A stretch of 64,000 bases of DNA from Cenarchaeum sp. GTDB taxonomy: Archaea > Thermoproteota > Nitrososphaeria > Nitrososphaerales > Nitrosopumilaceae. A program made the translations under genes and the position numbers. Location of the stretch: NCBI GenBank assembly GCA_965242695.1, contig CBDESU010000002.1, positions 1,152,001 to 1,216,000 of the forward strand, written 5' to 3'. Shown one piece after another: positions 1 to 9,558 of the stretch; the stretch's first letter is position 1; each line of letters opens with the position of its first letter. The notes below the pieces were generated by a model that was not told the origin of the DNA, searched no databases, and saw nothing but the letters and a program-made list of their open reading frames with translations.

Positions 1-927
1 CCAGGGAGGACCGCCGCGCGGCGCGGGCCGCCCGCCTGGGAGGGCCGCCAGAGGCCGCCGACCCGCCGATGCGCAACATCGGGCGGTGGTGGCCCGACAG
101 GGCGCGGCTCTTCCTGCGGCGCCTAAAGCCGGCCATACGGGACACGCCGGTGGGGTCGGCGCGGGCGGCCGACCTGCTCAGCGTCGCCTTTTGCAGGACG
201 CTCATCGGGCTGTCGAGCAAGCGTTGGCCACCAGTCCATGTCGTTCAAAGGCGGCAACGAGTCCCCGACCCTGCCCGCCATGGAAAGGGCGTTCCTGGGG
301 GACCTCGACGCGGTCATAGGAAGCTCTGGGGAGGACATTCCTGGAAGCGCGCGCGTCATCTGCGGCGACTCGCGGGACATGGGGCCGTGCGCATCGCCGG
401 GGTTTGACGTGGTGGTCACGTCCCCGCCGCACGCCAACCGCATGTCGTACATACGCGAGATGCGGCCGTACATGTACTGGCTCGACTACCTGACGGACGG
501 CCGCGACGCGGGCGAGCTGGACTGGGATGCGATAGGGGGGACGTGGGGGGTTGCCACCATCAGGCTCTCGCAGTGGCGGCCTGCGGCGCGGGTCTGGCTG
601 CCGCGCGACCTGCTGCGCGCAATCGAGTCGGTGCGGGGCGCCAACGGAAAGAGCGGCGCGGTCCTTGCCGCGTACATAGAGAGGTACTTTGGCGACGTCT
701 CAACGCACCTTGCCAGCCTGCGTGGGGCGCTGAAGCGCAACGCGAGCGTGCACTACATCGTGGGCAACTCTAGCTTTTACGGGACGCTCGTAGCGACGGA
801 GCGGGCGTACGCGCCGTTGATGAGGCGGCACGGCTTTGAGGGCGTGAGCGTGCGGCCCATACGCAGGCGAAACTCGAAGAAGGAACTCGTCGAGTTCGAG
901 GTGTCGGCCGGGTGGAGGCGGCCCTGA
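1..927 (+). pseudogene. Amino-DNA methyltransferase (N4-C/N6-A type), 5'-truncated by window edge, apparently frameshifted near 215-230
   Basis: ORF 238-927 has ICGDSR, 'DVVVTSPPH' (SPPY-like motif IV) and YIVGNSS. The upstream frame (69-~220, RNIGRWW...DLLSVAFCRTLIGLSS) reads like the preceding part of the same protein and joins GHQSMSFK only by a frame change. Confidence 0.7.
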
Positions 928-973
928 TGCCACCGCCGGCTCTTGCCGCCCCGTCCCCCCGCGCGCGGCCCGC

Positions 974-1954
974 CTACGGGTACACGGCCGTCAGCCAGTG
1001 GGTGTAGGCCGGATCGCCGCCGGTCGCGATCCTCTCGTACCTCCTCATGATCCGCCGCGTGACGGGGCCGGCCCGGCCGGAGCCGACGGTCCTGCCGTCG
1101 ACCGCCGTGACGGGGGTTATCTCGGCGGCCGTGCCCGTAAGGAACACCTCGTCGGCGGCAAGCAGCTGCCTGCGCGAGACGGCGCGCTCCGAGGCGCCTA
1201 TGCCCATGCCGGCGGCGAACTCTAGGACGGACGCGCGCGTGATCCCCATCAGCGCCGACGACGAGGCCGGCGGCGTGGCCAGCCTGCCGTTCCTCACGAC
1301 GAATACGTTTTCGCCCGGCGCCTCGCTCACGCCGCCGTCCATGCCTAGCATGATCGCCTCGTCGTGCGACGCCTCCCTTGCCTGCTGCGTAGCAAGTATG
1401 GCGTTGAGGTAGTTGCCGCCCATCTTTGCCTGCGTCGGCGTCGAGGCGTCCGAGAACTTGCGGCATTCAACGATGCCGGCCGATATGCCGCGCTTGTCGA
1501 ACAGGTCGCCGACCGGCAGGAGCATGGCGGCTACCCGCACGGGAGCCGCCTCGGTCACGTGGAGGTTTATCCCGTGGTCGCCGACAAAGTAGAACGGCCT
1601 GATGTAGCACGACTCGCGCGCCCCGTTGCGGCGGCACAGGCCGGTGATGGCCGCCTCGATCTCCTCGTCCGCATAGGGAAGGGACATGCGGTAGTAGGCG
1701 CCGGACCTGCGCAGCCGCCTCACGTGGTCGCCGAGCCTGAATACGTACAGCTGCCTGCCGCTCCAGTACGCCCGCACCCCCTCGAAGACGGACGTGCCGT
1801 AGTGGAGGGCATGCGTCGTTATGGGCACCGCCGCGCTGCGGCGCGAGACGAACCTCCCGTCGAGCCACACGTAGGGGTACGGGGCCCTTTCGGGACCCTT
1901 GGATGCGGCCGCCGCCCTCTTGGCCCGCCTCGCACTCCTTCGTACTGCCGCCAT
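974..1954 (-). CDS. ilvE: Branched-chain amino acid aminotransferase
   Basis: ALHYGTSVFEGVRAY, AKMGGNY (PLP lysine), EAPGEN, GITR and FLTGTAAEITPV motifs. Confidence 0.95.
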   Translation of the reverse strand: MAAVRRSARRAKRAAAASKGPERAPYPYVWLDGRFVSRRSAAVPITTHALHYGTSVFEGVRAYWSGRQLYVFRLGDHVRRLRRSGAYYRMSLPYADEEIEAAITGLCRRNGARESCYIRPFYFVGDHGINLHVTEAAPVRVAAMLLPVGDLFDKRGISAGIVECRKFSDASTPTQAKMGGNYLNAILATQQAREASHDEAIMLGMDGGVSEAPGENVFVVRNGRLATPPASSSALMGITRASVLEFAAGMGIGASERAVSRRQLLAADEVFLTGTAAEITPVTAVDGRTVGSGRAGPVTRRIMRRYERIATGGDPAYTHWLTAVYP

Positions 1955-2029
1955 GCCGCCCCTCCCATGCCAGGCCGTAATAACCTAGCGAGCCGCGCCC
2001 CTTGATGCGGGGCCGCCTCCACCGCCGTC

Positions 2030-2659
2030 CTACCTGTACCCCTCCCTTGGAAACTTCATGCCGGCTACCTTTACGGTCGCATCCTCGGCGCCTGCGAACC
2101 TGCGCACGGTCTCCCAGTTGTCGTCGATGACGGATGCCACCTCGGGCGGGACGTCGTCGCGCCACGGCCTGCCCTCGTCCTGCCCGCCGACTTCTGCACC
2201 GCCCGCCACGGCCGCCCCGTACATGCGCTCCTTGACGGACGACGCAGACAGGGCTCTTCTCGAGCCGACGCGCGGCCTGAGCCGGTACATGCGCAGCATG
2301 TACCCCTCGGCCCTGTCGCCCGTGTACGTAAAGTAGTCGCCGTCGACGCCCTCTAGTATGCTGCGCCTCAGCCGCCAGGACCTAGGCGAGAGCAGGGGCG
2401 GGAGGTACCTCGAGAAGGGGGCGTCGAACCTGTACCGGTCGGACACGGCGATCTCTTCGCCAAAGACGGCCTCTAGCATGGCGCGCCGCGCGGCGTACCC
2501 GAACGGAAAGCTGCGGCTGTTGATCTCGGCGCCGTCCCGGCCGGCGAACACGACGGGCAGGACGTGCACGGCGTCGGCCGACGATACGAGCTCCCGTATG
2601 ATCTCGACGTGCGCGTTGGTGACGGGGTTGAGGTGCGCAAGGTACAGGGCGGTGGACAT
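2030..2659 (-). CDS. Cytidylyltransferase-like nucleotidyltransferase
   Basis: N-terminal YLAHLNPVTNAH (HxGH-like), SFPF..R and LSASSVK motifs. Confidence 0.7.
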   Translation of the reverse strand: MSTALYLAHLNPVTNAHVEIIRELVSSADAVHVLPVVFAGRDGAEINSRSFPFGYAARRAMLEAVFGEEIAVSDRYRFDAPFSRYLPPLLSPRSWRLRRSILEGVDGDYFTYTGDRAEGYMLRMYRLRPRVGSRRALSASSVKERMYGAAVAGGAEVGGQDEGRPWRDDVPPEVASVIDDNWETVRRFAGAEDATVKVAGMKFPREGYR

Positions 2660-2785
2660 GGCAAGCCAATTCGTACGCGCTATTTAACAGGGAGGCGGCG
2701 GGCGCAGGGCCGCATGTGACGCAAAGCGGTAGCGCGGGCGCGGCCGGCGCGGGGCGGTTATATCGCCCCGCCCCGGCCGCACCAC

Positions 2786-3298
2786 GTGCGCGAGAATGCG
2801 GATCGAAGCGGCGCCGGCGGATGGGGCGGGGACGCCGAGGATGCCCGCGCCGAGTTCCTGCGGCAGGTCGCCACCTTGGAGGGCGACTCCGACATGTTCC
2901 GGGCCATGACATCGCTGGACGTCGACGAGGCGCACGACCTCTATCGGGAGGCCGCATCGGCGGCCGAGGCGCAGGCCGACCGGGAGAGGAAGAGGCGCCG
3001 CGGCGGCCGCGGCGGGGGCAAGAGGGGCACCGCCCGCAGGTTCCCGCCGTACGAGGTGTTCCTTATGGCCCTGGTACTGGTGAGAAAGCCCGACGACGAC
3101 TTTGTGGACTTTGTCTTTAGGATGCCGCCGGGCACGGCGCGCGCGGCGCTAGATGCGGTGCTGCCGTCGCTGTTCGGGCTGCGCAACATGCCGAGGAGGT
3201 TTGCGCGCCACCTCGTCCCTTTCGGCTACAGCATGCCGGCAAACCCGAAGAGGGGAAAGGGGAGCGGGAACATACTCGACTACATGGGGGGCGAGTGA
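2786..3298 (+). CDS. Hypothetical protein resembling the N-terminal HTH region of DDE (IS5-like) transposases
   Basis: FRAMTSLDVDE..L, basic linker, PYEVFLMALVLVR...FVFRMPPGTA pattern; no catalytic DDE domain follows. Confidence 0.45.
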   Translation: MRENADRSGAGGWGGDAEDARAEFLRQVATLEGDSDMFRAMTSLDVDEAHDLYREAASAAEAQADRERKRRRGGRGGGKRGTARRFPPYEVFLMALVLVRKPDDDFVDFVFRMPPGTARAALDAVLPSLFGLRNMPRRFARHLVPFGYSMPANPKRGKGSGNILDYMGGE

Positions 3299-3492
3299 CC
3301 GGAGCCCTGGCCGCCGCCGCAGGACCGCGGGCCCCTTGGATTTGTCCTTCGTCGGGACCGGCTGCGATCCGGCGGTCCAGGTACGGCGCAGCCTGCGCGA
3401 TGCACCTCGGATCGCATGCCTGTCCCGTGCACAGGATGTGGCCTGGCCCGCGCCGCCCGCTGGCTGCGGCATGCGCGATCCGCCGCCCGCCG

Positions 3493-5010
3493 CTACCCGA
3501 CAATCTTGTCGGCCCTTATGTTTTCCTCATGAAGCGCCTCGTTGACCCTCATGAATTCTTCCTGCGATATGCCCTCGCGGGGCGAGTGGTCTATGGGCCT
3601 GACCGCCGTACCGCCCCTGCCTGGCTCGAAGAGGTAGGGCGCCATGTCGCCCGCCTCGAGGTAGATCCCCCTGTCGATGCCTACTCTCGATCGCTGCGCG
3701 GCGGTCATCCTCCCGGCCCTCAGGTACGAGCTGAACCGCTCCATGATGTAGACGCTGTGGGTCGTGACGATCACGTTGAGCCCCTCCCTTACGAGCCTCA
3801 CGATGCACCTTGCTAGCGCCACCTGGCCTTCCGGGTGCATGTGAGACTCGGGCTCCTCGATGACGAGCAGGTCGCCCTTCCTTGCTGCGTGCCTCAGCAG
3901 CAACACAAGGGGGGCTAGATACGACACGGCCGACGAGGCCTGGTGTATGGGCATCTCGCGCCCCTCCTTGTAGTAGACGTCCGGTGCGGGCCCGCCGGCC
4001 GAACGACGAAGCACCACCCTTCCTTGCAGCGCATCGCGCTCGAGCTTTCCTGCAATCCCGGAAAACTGCCCCCTCCTGCCTCCCTCCAGCGTTGCGGCAA
4101 GAAACTCGTGGTCGACGGCCCTCGTGTCGGGGCCAGCTTGCGGGACCTCGTGCGCGCCGCTGTGCGCAGAGGCCTGCACGGCCATGCGCGCCCCCATGAT
4201 GGAGGCGCGCGCCGCGGGCAGGTAGATCGCCGCGGCGGGAACGGCTTGGTTCTGGCTGGCGAGCGCCGCTGCTAGGACTCGCGACAGCAGCCTGTCGTAC
4301 GCAGAGTGCGCATCGGGCGCGGCGCCCGCATCGGCAGGGAAGGTGCAGGCCAGCACGCCTTCGCCCTTGGCCCTGGCCACTATGCCGTCGGCCGCCTCGG
4401 CCGCCAGCGCCTCCCGGGCCCCTGCCTCGTTCATGGGGCGCCCTAGCGGGGCGGGGCGCCCTCTCGCGCTGCGCGGTATCGAGATTTCCACAATTCCTGG
4501 AATCTCGATGGCTGCGCGGGCCCTTCCGAACCGCACCAGCAGGGAGGGGTCGACGCCGAAGTTTTTTCCGATTTGTCCCGAGAACGTGACCGCAATCGCC
4601 TCGCCTGCATCCCTTGACAGCGCGCCGAGGGCCCCCTTCGTCACCAAAAACTTGTTTGCCCGGCCGCCCGCCTTGAGCGGCGGCCGCGCCTGCCCAGGGC
4701 GACCGCGCCTGGCGCCCGCGCGGGCGCTCCGGCTGGATGCGGCAAGCGCGCCGCGCGGCCCGCCTCCTAGGAGCGAGACGGCCGAGTGCGCCAACAGGGC
4801 CGCGTACGACTTGCCCGAGTTGTTGAGCCCTATGAAGACGGTAAGGGGGCGAAGCCGCATGCGCGCAACTCTGATCGGCCCAAAATCGCGTATCCGAAGC
4901 TCCAGATCGAGCCTCGCGGGGGCCGCCGATCTGCCCGGCATCTCGGGCCTTCTATCGGGCCCCGATGCCCCGGCTTCCGGCTCGATCCTGCCTGGCCGCC
5001 GCCGGTTCAC
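3493..5010 (-). CDS. ABC-type AAA ATPase (AAA_15/AAA_21, defence-associated type)
   Basis: IRDFGPI start, Walker A GLNNSGKS, signature-like ASSAV, Walker B LVIEEPESHMHP and H-loop VTTHS; start uncertain. Confidence 0.85.
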   Translation of the reverse strand: MNRRRPGRIEPEAGASGPDRRPEMPGRSAAPARLDLELRIRDFGPIRVARMRLRPLTVFIGLNNSGKSYAALLAHSAVSLLGGGPRGALAASSRSARAGARRGRPGQARPPLKAGGRANKFLVTKGALGALSRDAGEAIAVTFSGQIGKNFGVDPSLLVRFGRARAAIEIPGIVEISIPRSARGRPAPLGRPMNEAGAREALAAEAADGIVARAKGEGVLACTFPADAGAAPDAHSAYDRLLSRVLAAALASQNQAVPAAAIYLPAARASIMGARMAVQASAHSGAHEVPQAGPDTRAVDHEFLAATLEGGRRGQFSGIAGKLERDALQGRVVLRRSAGGPAPDVYYKEGREMPIHQASSAVSYLAPLVLLLRHAARKGDLLVIEEPESHMHPEGQVALARCIVRLVREGLNVIVTTHSVYIMERFSSYLRAGRMTAAQRSRVGIDRGIYLEAGDMAPYLFEPGRGGTAVRPIDHSPREGISQEEFMRVNEALHEENIRADKIVG

Positions 5011-5133
5011 GGGCCGGGCTTCGGCCGCGGTCTAATCAAGGTTGGCCCCGCGGCGGAGGCGGGCGAGAATTCGCGGCCGCCTGCGGCGCGATGGCGGGTC
5101 GGGTGCACCCCTCCGCCTGCGCCGCGCAAATAG

Positions 5134-5210
5134 TGGTGGGGACGATGGGATTTGAACCCACGACCTCCAGCACCCGAAGCTGGCAGTATACCAAGCTAAC
5201 CTACGTCCCC
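5134..5210 (-). tRNA. tRNA-Pro(CGG), CCA encoded
   Basis: GGGGACG/CGTCCCC acceptor stem, CCAGC-TTCGGGT-GCTGG anticodon arm, GGTTCAAATCC T-loop, ACCA end. Confidence 0.95.
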
Positions 5211-5260
5211 GGCCGCCGCCCCGCCGCACGTGTTTTATCTCTTTGCGATCGCTGCGCCGT

Positions 5261-6103
5261 CTAGCCGTACGACTCGTCCTTTACCTCGAACGATCCGTCC
5301 GGCCGCTTGTCGCGCTCCGTGACGAACCCCTTGGGCTTGAGAAAGTCCATCACGCCGTCGATCGTGCCCTGCCAGCCGCAGACGTAGAATATCGTATTCT
5401 CCCTTGTGATCCTCTCGCCTACGAGCTTTTCAAGCGGCGACATGTCGTCCTCCTTTGGGCGCAGGAACGTCTCGACCCTGCCCGTCTGCCCGCCCCACGA
5501 GCGGTTGAACCACTCTTGCGGCCTGCTGATGGTGGCCCTGTACCGGAAGTTCCACTCGTCCCTGCCCTTGTCGATGCTCTCGTACTCTAGCCTCGTGAAC
5601 AGGCTCTTGTAGGCAAGCTCGTCGACGTAGCTGGCGCCGTGGAGGACGACGATCTCCCTCTTGTCGCCTGCCGCATGCAGCTGCTGCGCAATGCTCACGA
5701 ACGGGGCTATCCCCGTCCCGCCACCCATGCAGACTATGCGGCGAGTGTCGGGGCTGCCGTCGGGCATAGTCTCGTTCACGAGCAGGGCCCTGCCCGTCGG
5801 CTTTAGCCAGCCTATCTCGTCGCCCTCCTTGACGTTGAAGAGCTCCGTCGTGAGGCGGCCGGGCACCGGCTTACGGACCCACCGTATGAACAGCTCGACG
5901 TACCGCTTGTTCCCCGGGTGCGAGGCTATCGAGTAGGCCCGCCTGACGACCTTGCCGTCCTCGCTCTTGACGGGCAGCCCGATCGTGATGAACTGGCCTG
6001 CCTTGTAGTCGGGGACGCCCTCTTCGGGGACGACCCTCATGACCATCAGGTCCTCCTTGAGGAGCTGGACGTACGTCACCCTGGCCCTCTTGTCCTCGAC
6101 CAT
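5261..6103 (-). CDS. fpr: Ferredoxin/flavodoxin-NADP+ reductase, paralog 1
   Basis: RRAYSIAS, GGGTGIAPF, YVCG and C-terminal ESYG. Confidence 0.9.
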   Translation of the reverse strand: MVEDKRARVTYVQLLKEDLMVMRVVPEEGVPDYKAGQFITIGLPVKSEDGKVVRRAYSIASHPGNKRYVELFIRWVRKPVPGRLTTELFNVKEGDEIGWLKPTGRALLVNETMPDGSPDTRRIVCMGGGTGIAPFVSIAQQLHAAGDKREIVVLHGASYVDELAYKSLFTRLEYESIDKGRDEWNFRYRATISRPQEWFNRSWGGQTGRVETFLRPKEDDMSPLEKLVGERITRENTIFYVCGWQGTIDGVMDFLKPKGFVTERDKRPDGSFEVKDESYG

Positions 6104-6148
6104 TGCGCGCCTTTCCGGGCCGCCCTTAAATGCATTGTGGTCGCCATA

Positions 6149-7759
6149 TCAGGTTGGTCTAGGCGCGCCCGATCCGCCCTTTCCGCGCCCCCTGCTAGGC
6201 GCGCCCGATCCGCCCTTTCCGCGCCCCCTGCTAGGCGCGCCCGATCCGCCCTTTCCGCGCCCCCTGCTAGGCGCGCCCCGCGCCCCGCATATCTCGTCAA
6301 CCCTGCCCCGGAGCGTGGCGATCGCCGCATCGACGGCCCTTCGCCGCTCGGCGTTGGCGGCGGCCAGGCCCCTCAGCGCCTCTGTCCGGTCCCGCACCAT
6401 CCTGTCCTGCTCGGCGCGCCCCGCCGACCCGCGCGAGGTCCTTGACTTGAGCGACTCGGACACGGTGCACTCCCTGACGATCCGCCCGACGGCGCCGGCC
6501 TTCGCCCCCGTCCCGGCGGCCCTCTTGATGTCGGCGGGGCCGAGCCGGGCCAGCGGCACGCCCGCCGCATCGGCTGCCTGCACGAGGCGCCCCGCTATGC
6601 CGTGCGCGGCCCTGAACGCGATGCCCTCCTCGACGAGCCTGTCGGCCACGTCTAGCGCCGTGAGGTATCCGCGGGATCCGCCGGCGGCCCTCCTCATCGC
6701 GGCCCTGTTGACCGACGCGGTGCCCACCGCGCCTGCCAGCACCGAGAGGGTGCCCGCGGCGGCCCTGGATGCGGCCCACACGTGCGGCTTTACCTCTTGG
6801 AGATCCCTCCCGTACCCCGTCGGGAGGCCCTTTACCGCGCCGAGCACGGCCACCAGCCCTCCGATCGTGCTGGCCGCCTTGCCGCGCACCAGCTCTAGCA
6901 CGTCGGGGTTCTTCTTCTGCGGCATTACGCTAGAGGGCGAGGCGAACCGGTCGGACAGCTCTATGAACCCAAACTCGGCGCTAGACCACATGACAAGGTC
7001 CTCGGCGAGCCTGCTCGCGTTGGTCATCATTACGGCCGCCGCCGAGGCGAACTCGGCCGCAAAGTCGCGCGAGCTGGTCGCGTCTATCGAGTTCTCGACC
7101 AGCCCGTCAAAGCCGAGCAGGCCGGCCGTCTTTTCCCTGTCTATGGGAAGGCGCGTGCCGCCGACGGGGCCGGCGCCGAGCGGGCAGAGGTTCGCCCTGG
7201 CAAACGCGCCGGCGAACCGCGCGTGGTCCCGCACGAGCGCGTCCGCGTGGGCCAGCAGGTAGTGCGAGAGCGTGCCGGCCTGCGCCTGCTGCAGGTGCGT
7301 GTACAGCGGCATCGCGGTCCTCGTGTGGGCCGCGGCGCGCTTTACGAGGGCCCCGGCGGCCTCTACGATGAGGTCCATTATGCCCATCGCATCGTCGCGC
7401 ACCTTCATCCTCATGTCGGTTGCCACCTGGTCGTTGCGCGAGCGGGCCGTGTGCATGCGCCCCCCCGCTGCGCCGCCTGCCTCGGCCACGACGAGCGACT
7501 CGACGAGCTCGTGGATGTCCTCGGACTCGCCGCCCCCCTTGCCGGCCAGGGCCCTGTAGTCGAGCCGCCCTATGCGGCCTAGCGCGGCGAGTATCTTGGC
7601 CGCATCGGCCCTTGCCACGATGCCGCAGTCGTGCAGCATGACGACGTGCGCCTGGCTGCCGAGTATGTCGTAGGCGGCGATCTCGGCGTCCTCGCCGACG
7701 GACGAGGCGAACCCGGCGGCCGCGCCGTCAAGGCCGCCGCCTAGCCTGGCCCTGTACAC
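6149..7759 (-). CDS. argH: Argininosuccinate lyase (GTG start at 7759, MYRARL...)
   Basis: HTARSRNDQ, YTHLQQAQ and SSVMPQKKNPD signature. Confidence 0.93.
   Translation of the reverse strand: MYRARLGGGLDGAAAGFASSVGEDAEIAAYDILGSQAHVVMLHDCGIVARADAAKILAALGRIGRLDYRALAGKGGGESEDIHELVESLVVAEAGGAAGGRMHTARSRNDQVATDMRMKVRDDAMGIMDLIVEAAGALVKRAAAHTRTAMPLYTHLQQAQAGTLSHYLLAHADALVRDHARFAGAFARANLCPLGAGPVGGTRLPIDREKTAGLLGFDGLVENSIDATSSRDFAAEFASAAAVMMTNASRLAEDLVMWSSAEFGFIELSDRFASPSSVMPQKKNPDVLELVRGKAASTIGGLVAVLGAVKGLPTGYGRDLQEVKPHVWAASRAAAGTLSVLAGAVGTASVNRAAMRRAAGGSRGYLTALDVADRLVEEGIAFRAAHGIAGRLVQAADAAGVPLARLGPADIKRAAGTGAKAGAVGRIVRECTVSESLKSRTSRGSAGRAEQDRMVRDRTEALRGLAAANAERRRAVDAAIATLRGRVDEICGARGAPSRGRGKGGSGAPSRGRGKGGSGAPSRGRGKGGSGAPRPT
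6159..6278. repeat. 36-bp tandem repeat x3.3 within the argH 3' end
   Basis: ctaggcgcgcccgatccgccctttccgcgccccctg repeated exactly; encodes (GAPSRGRGKGGS)n. Confidence 0.95.
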
Positions 7760-7779
7760 GGGCCGGGTGGCGCTAATCG

Positions 7780-7789
7780 TTATATATAG
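7780..7789. promoter_or_regulatory. Palindromic TATA box shared by divergent argH and DUF59 genes
   Basis: TTATATATAG lies about 21-22 nt from both GTG starts (7759 and 7809). Confidence 0.6.
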
Positions 7790-7808
7790 CGCCGCGGCGG
7801 GCCGGCTC

Positions 7809-8333
7809 GTGTCGGCAGAGCAGGACGTCCGCCAGCTGCGCGTGCGCATATTCGACGAGCTCTCAAAGATCGTCGATCCCGAGATCAACACGTCCATCAC
7901 TGACCTAGAGCTCATCGACGAGGTCGACATACAGGCCGACAACGTAAAGGTCGACCTCCACCTGACCAGCCCGTTCTGCCCGACCGTGTTCGGCTTCAAG
8001 ATATGCCAGGACATACACGACAACCTGCTGCAGATCGACGGGGTCAGGGACGTAAAGGTCAACGTCTCGAACCACATCGCAGCCGAGATGATCAACAACC
8101 AGGTCAACAGCAGCCCCAACCCCAAGGCGGCGGCAACCGGCTCTTCCGGGCCGCCCCCGTCCGAGGCCGGCTCAGGGCAGGGCCCTGCGCCTGCCGAGCC
8201 GCAGACGCAGACGCCGCAGGACTCTTCCCCGCCCACGGCCCCCGGAGGCGATGCGCCCCCTGCCCCGCCCCCGGCCCCCGGCGGCGCGGGCCAGCCTGGC
8301 GGGCAGCAAGGCGCCCCGTCCGCAGGCTCCTAG
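7809..8333 (+). CDS. Fe-S cluster assembly protein (DUF59/SufT/MIP18-like) with Pro/Gly/Gln-rich tail
   Basis: IVDPEINTSITDLELI and LTSPFCP motifs. Confidence 0.88.
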   Translation: MSAEQDVRQLRVRIFDELSKIVDPEINTSITDLELIDEVDIQADNVKVDLHLTSPFCPTVFGFKICQDIHDNLLQIDGVRDVKVNVSNHIAAEMINNQVNSSPNPKAAATGSSGPPPSEAGSGQGPAPAEPQTQTPQDSSPPTAPGGDAPPAPPPAPGGAGQPGGQQGAPSAGS

Positions 8334-8423
8334 GCGGCACTCTTCGATGCGGCCGCCTCGGCCTCGGCAGAGCCATCCAGCCTTCCGATTTCGCGCAACC
8401 GGCGCGCGCACCTGCGCCGCCGC

Positions 8424-9203
8424 CTACTTCCTGAACCCGAGCAGGTACCCGCGCAGCAGCTGTATGCCCATCGCGGGATCGACGCCCTTTGGGCACACCT
8501 GGCTGCACGATCCGGCAAAGTGGCACCGCCAGATGCCGTGCGAGTCGTCGATGATCCGAAGGCGCCCCTCGCGCCCCCTGTCCCTGTTGTCGGCCATGTA
8601 CCTGTACGCCTGCGCTAGCGCCTGCGGCCCGACAAAGGACGTGTCGGTGGCCATCGTGGGGCACGCCGCGTTGCACAGCCCGCATTTGATGCACCCCGAG
8701 AACTGGACGAACCGCTCGAGGTCCTCGGGCGTCTGGACCAGCTCTTTTCTCTCCCCCTCGGGCACGTCCGTCTCGTCGCTGACTATGAACGGCTTTATCC
8801 TGCGGTGGTCCTCGAACATGCGCTCGAACCCGACGGCAAGGTCGCGCACGACCGGAAAGTTCCTGAGCGGCTCGACCGTTACGGTGTCCGAGCCGAGCTC
8901 GTCGATCTTTGTAAAGCACGCCAGGCGGGGCCTCCCGTTGACCATCATGCCGCACGACCCGCACGTGGCCTGCCTGCAAGAGTACCTCACGCCGACCGAG
9001 TGGTCCATGTGCTTCTTGATGTCGAGTATGGCGTCAAGGACGGTCGTCCACTTTTCGACGGGCACCGTGTACGTCGCAAACTCCCTCTTCTTGCCGTCGG
9101 CGGGGTTCTCGCGCGCGATGCGCAGCGTTATCGTGCGCGCCGGCGAGACTGCGGTCTGCGCCGCCTCGTAGGCTATGCCGCCGCCCGCAGCCGCCGCCGT
9201 CAT
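8424..9203 (-). CDS. sdhB: Succinate dehydrogenase Fe-S subunit
   Basis: SCRQATCGSC, CIKCGLCNAACP and CHFAGSCSQVCP clusters. Confidence 0.95.
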   Translation of the reverse strand: MTAAAAGGGIAYEAAQTAVSPARTITLRIARENPADGKKREFATYTVPVEKWTTVLDAILDIKKHMDHSVGVRYSCRQATCGSCGMMVNGRPRLACFTKIDELGSDTVTVEPLRNFPVVRDLAVGFERMFEDHRRIKPFIVSDETDVPEGERKELVQTPEDLERFVQFSGCIKCGLCNAACPTMATDTSFVGPQALAQAYRYMADNRDRGREGRLRIIDDSHGIWRCHFAGSCSQVCPKGVDPAMGIQLLRGYLLGFRK

Positions 9204-9553
9204 GCCGCGCCGCCCCCCGTCATGGTGGCCACGAGTATGGTCCTCGACCCGTACGCGATGAGCGCGATCATGCCCGCGACGCACCCGTACGAGACGGCCT
9301 TCTCGTACCTGCGCCCCTGCCTGAGCTCGAGCAGGACCACCCGCAGCCCGTTGAAGCCGTGTATGGACAGCAGGATCAGGATGATCTCCAGCATGCCCGC
9401 GTACGGGACGAACTGGTAGTTGGCAAGGACGTTCTCGTACTCTAGCGAGTCGTGGAAGCCGACCGTGAACCTGAACAGCACGTGGACGACGACGAGGGCG
9501 ACGGCGCCGATGGCCGTGCCGTAGTGTATCTTCATTATCGTGCTTTCCCTCAT
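9200..9553 (-). CDS. sdhD: Succinate dehydrogenase membrane anchor D
   Basis: Three hydrophobic helices, HGFNGLR motif, operon position. Confidence 0.85.
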   Translation of the reverse strand: MRESTIMKIHYGTAIGAVALVVVHVLFRFTVGFHDSLEYENVLANYQFVPYAGMLEIILILLSIHGFNGLRVVLLELRQGRRYEKAVSYGCVAGMIALIAYGSRTILVATMTGGGAA

Positions 9554-9558
9554 ATCCG

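Noticed and set aside
6159-6278. 36-bp repeats as a CRISPR array
   Set aside because: Head-to-tail with no spacers, and in frame within argH.
7760-8236. N-terminal extension of argH in the 695-aa ORF
   Set aside because: It is the antisense shadow of the DUF59 gene; the GTG at 7759 with a TATA box fits better.
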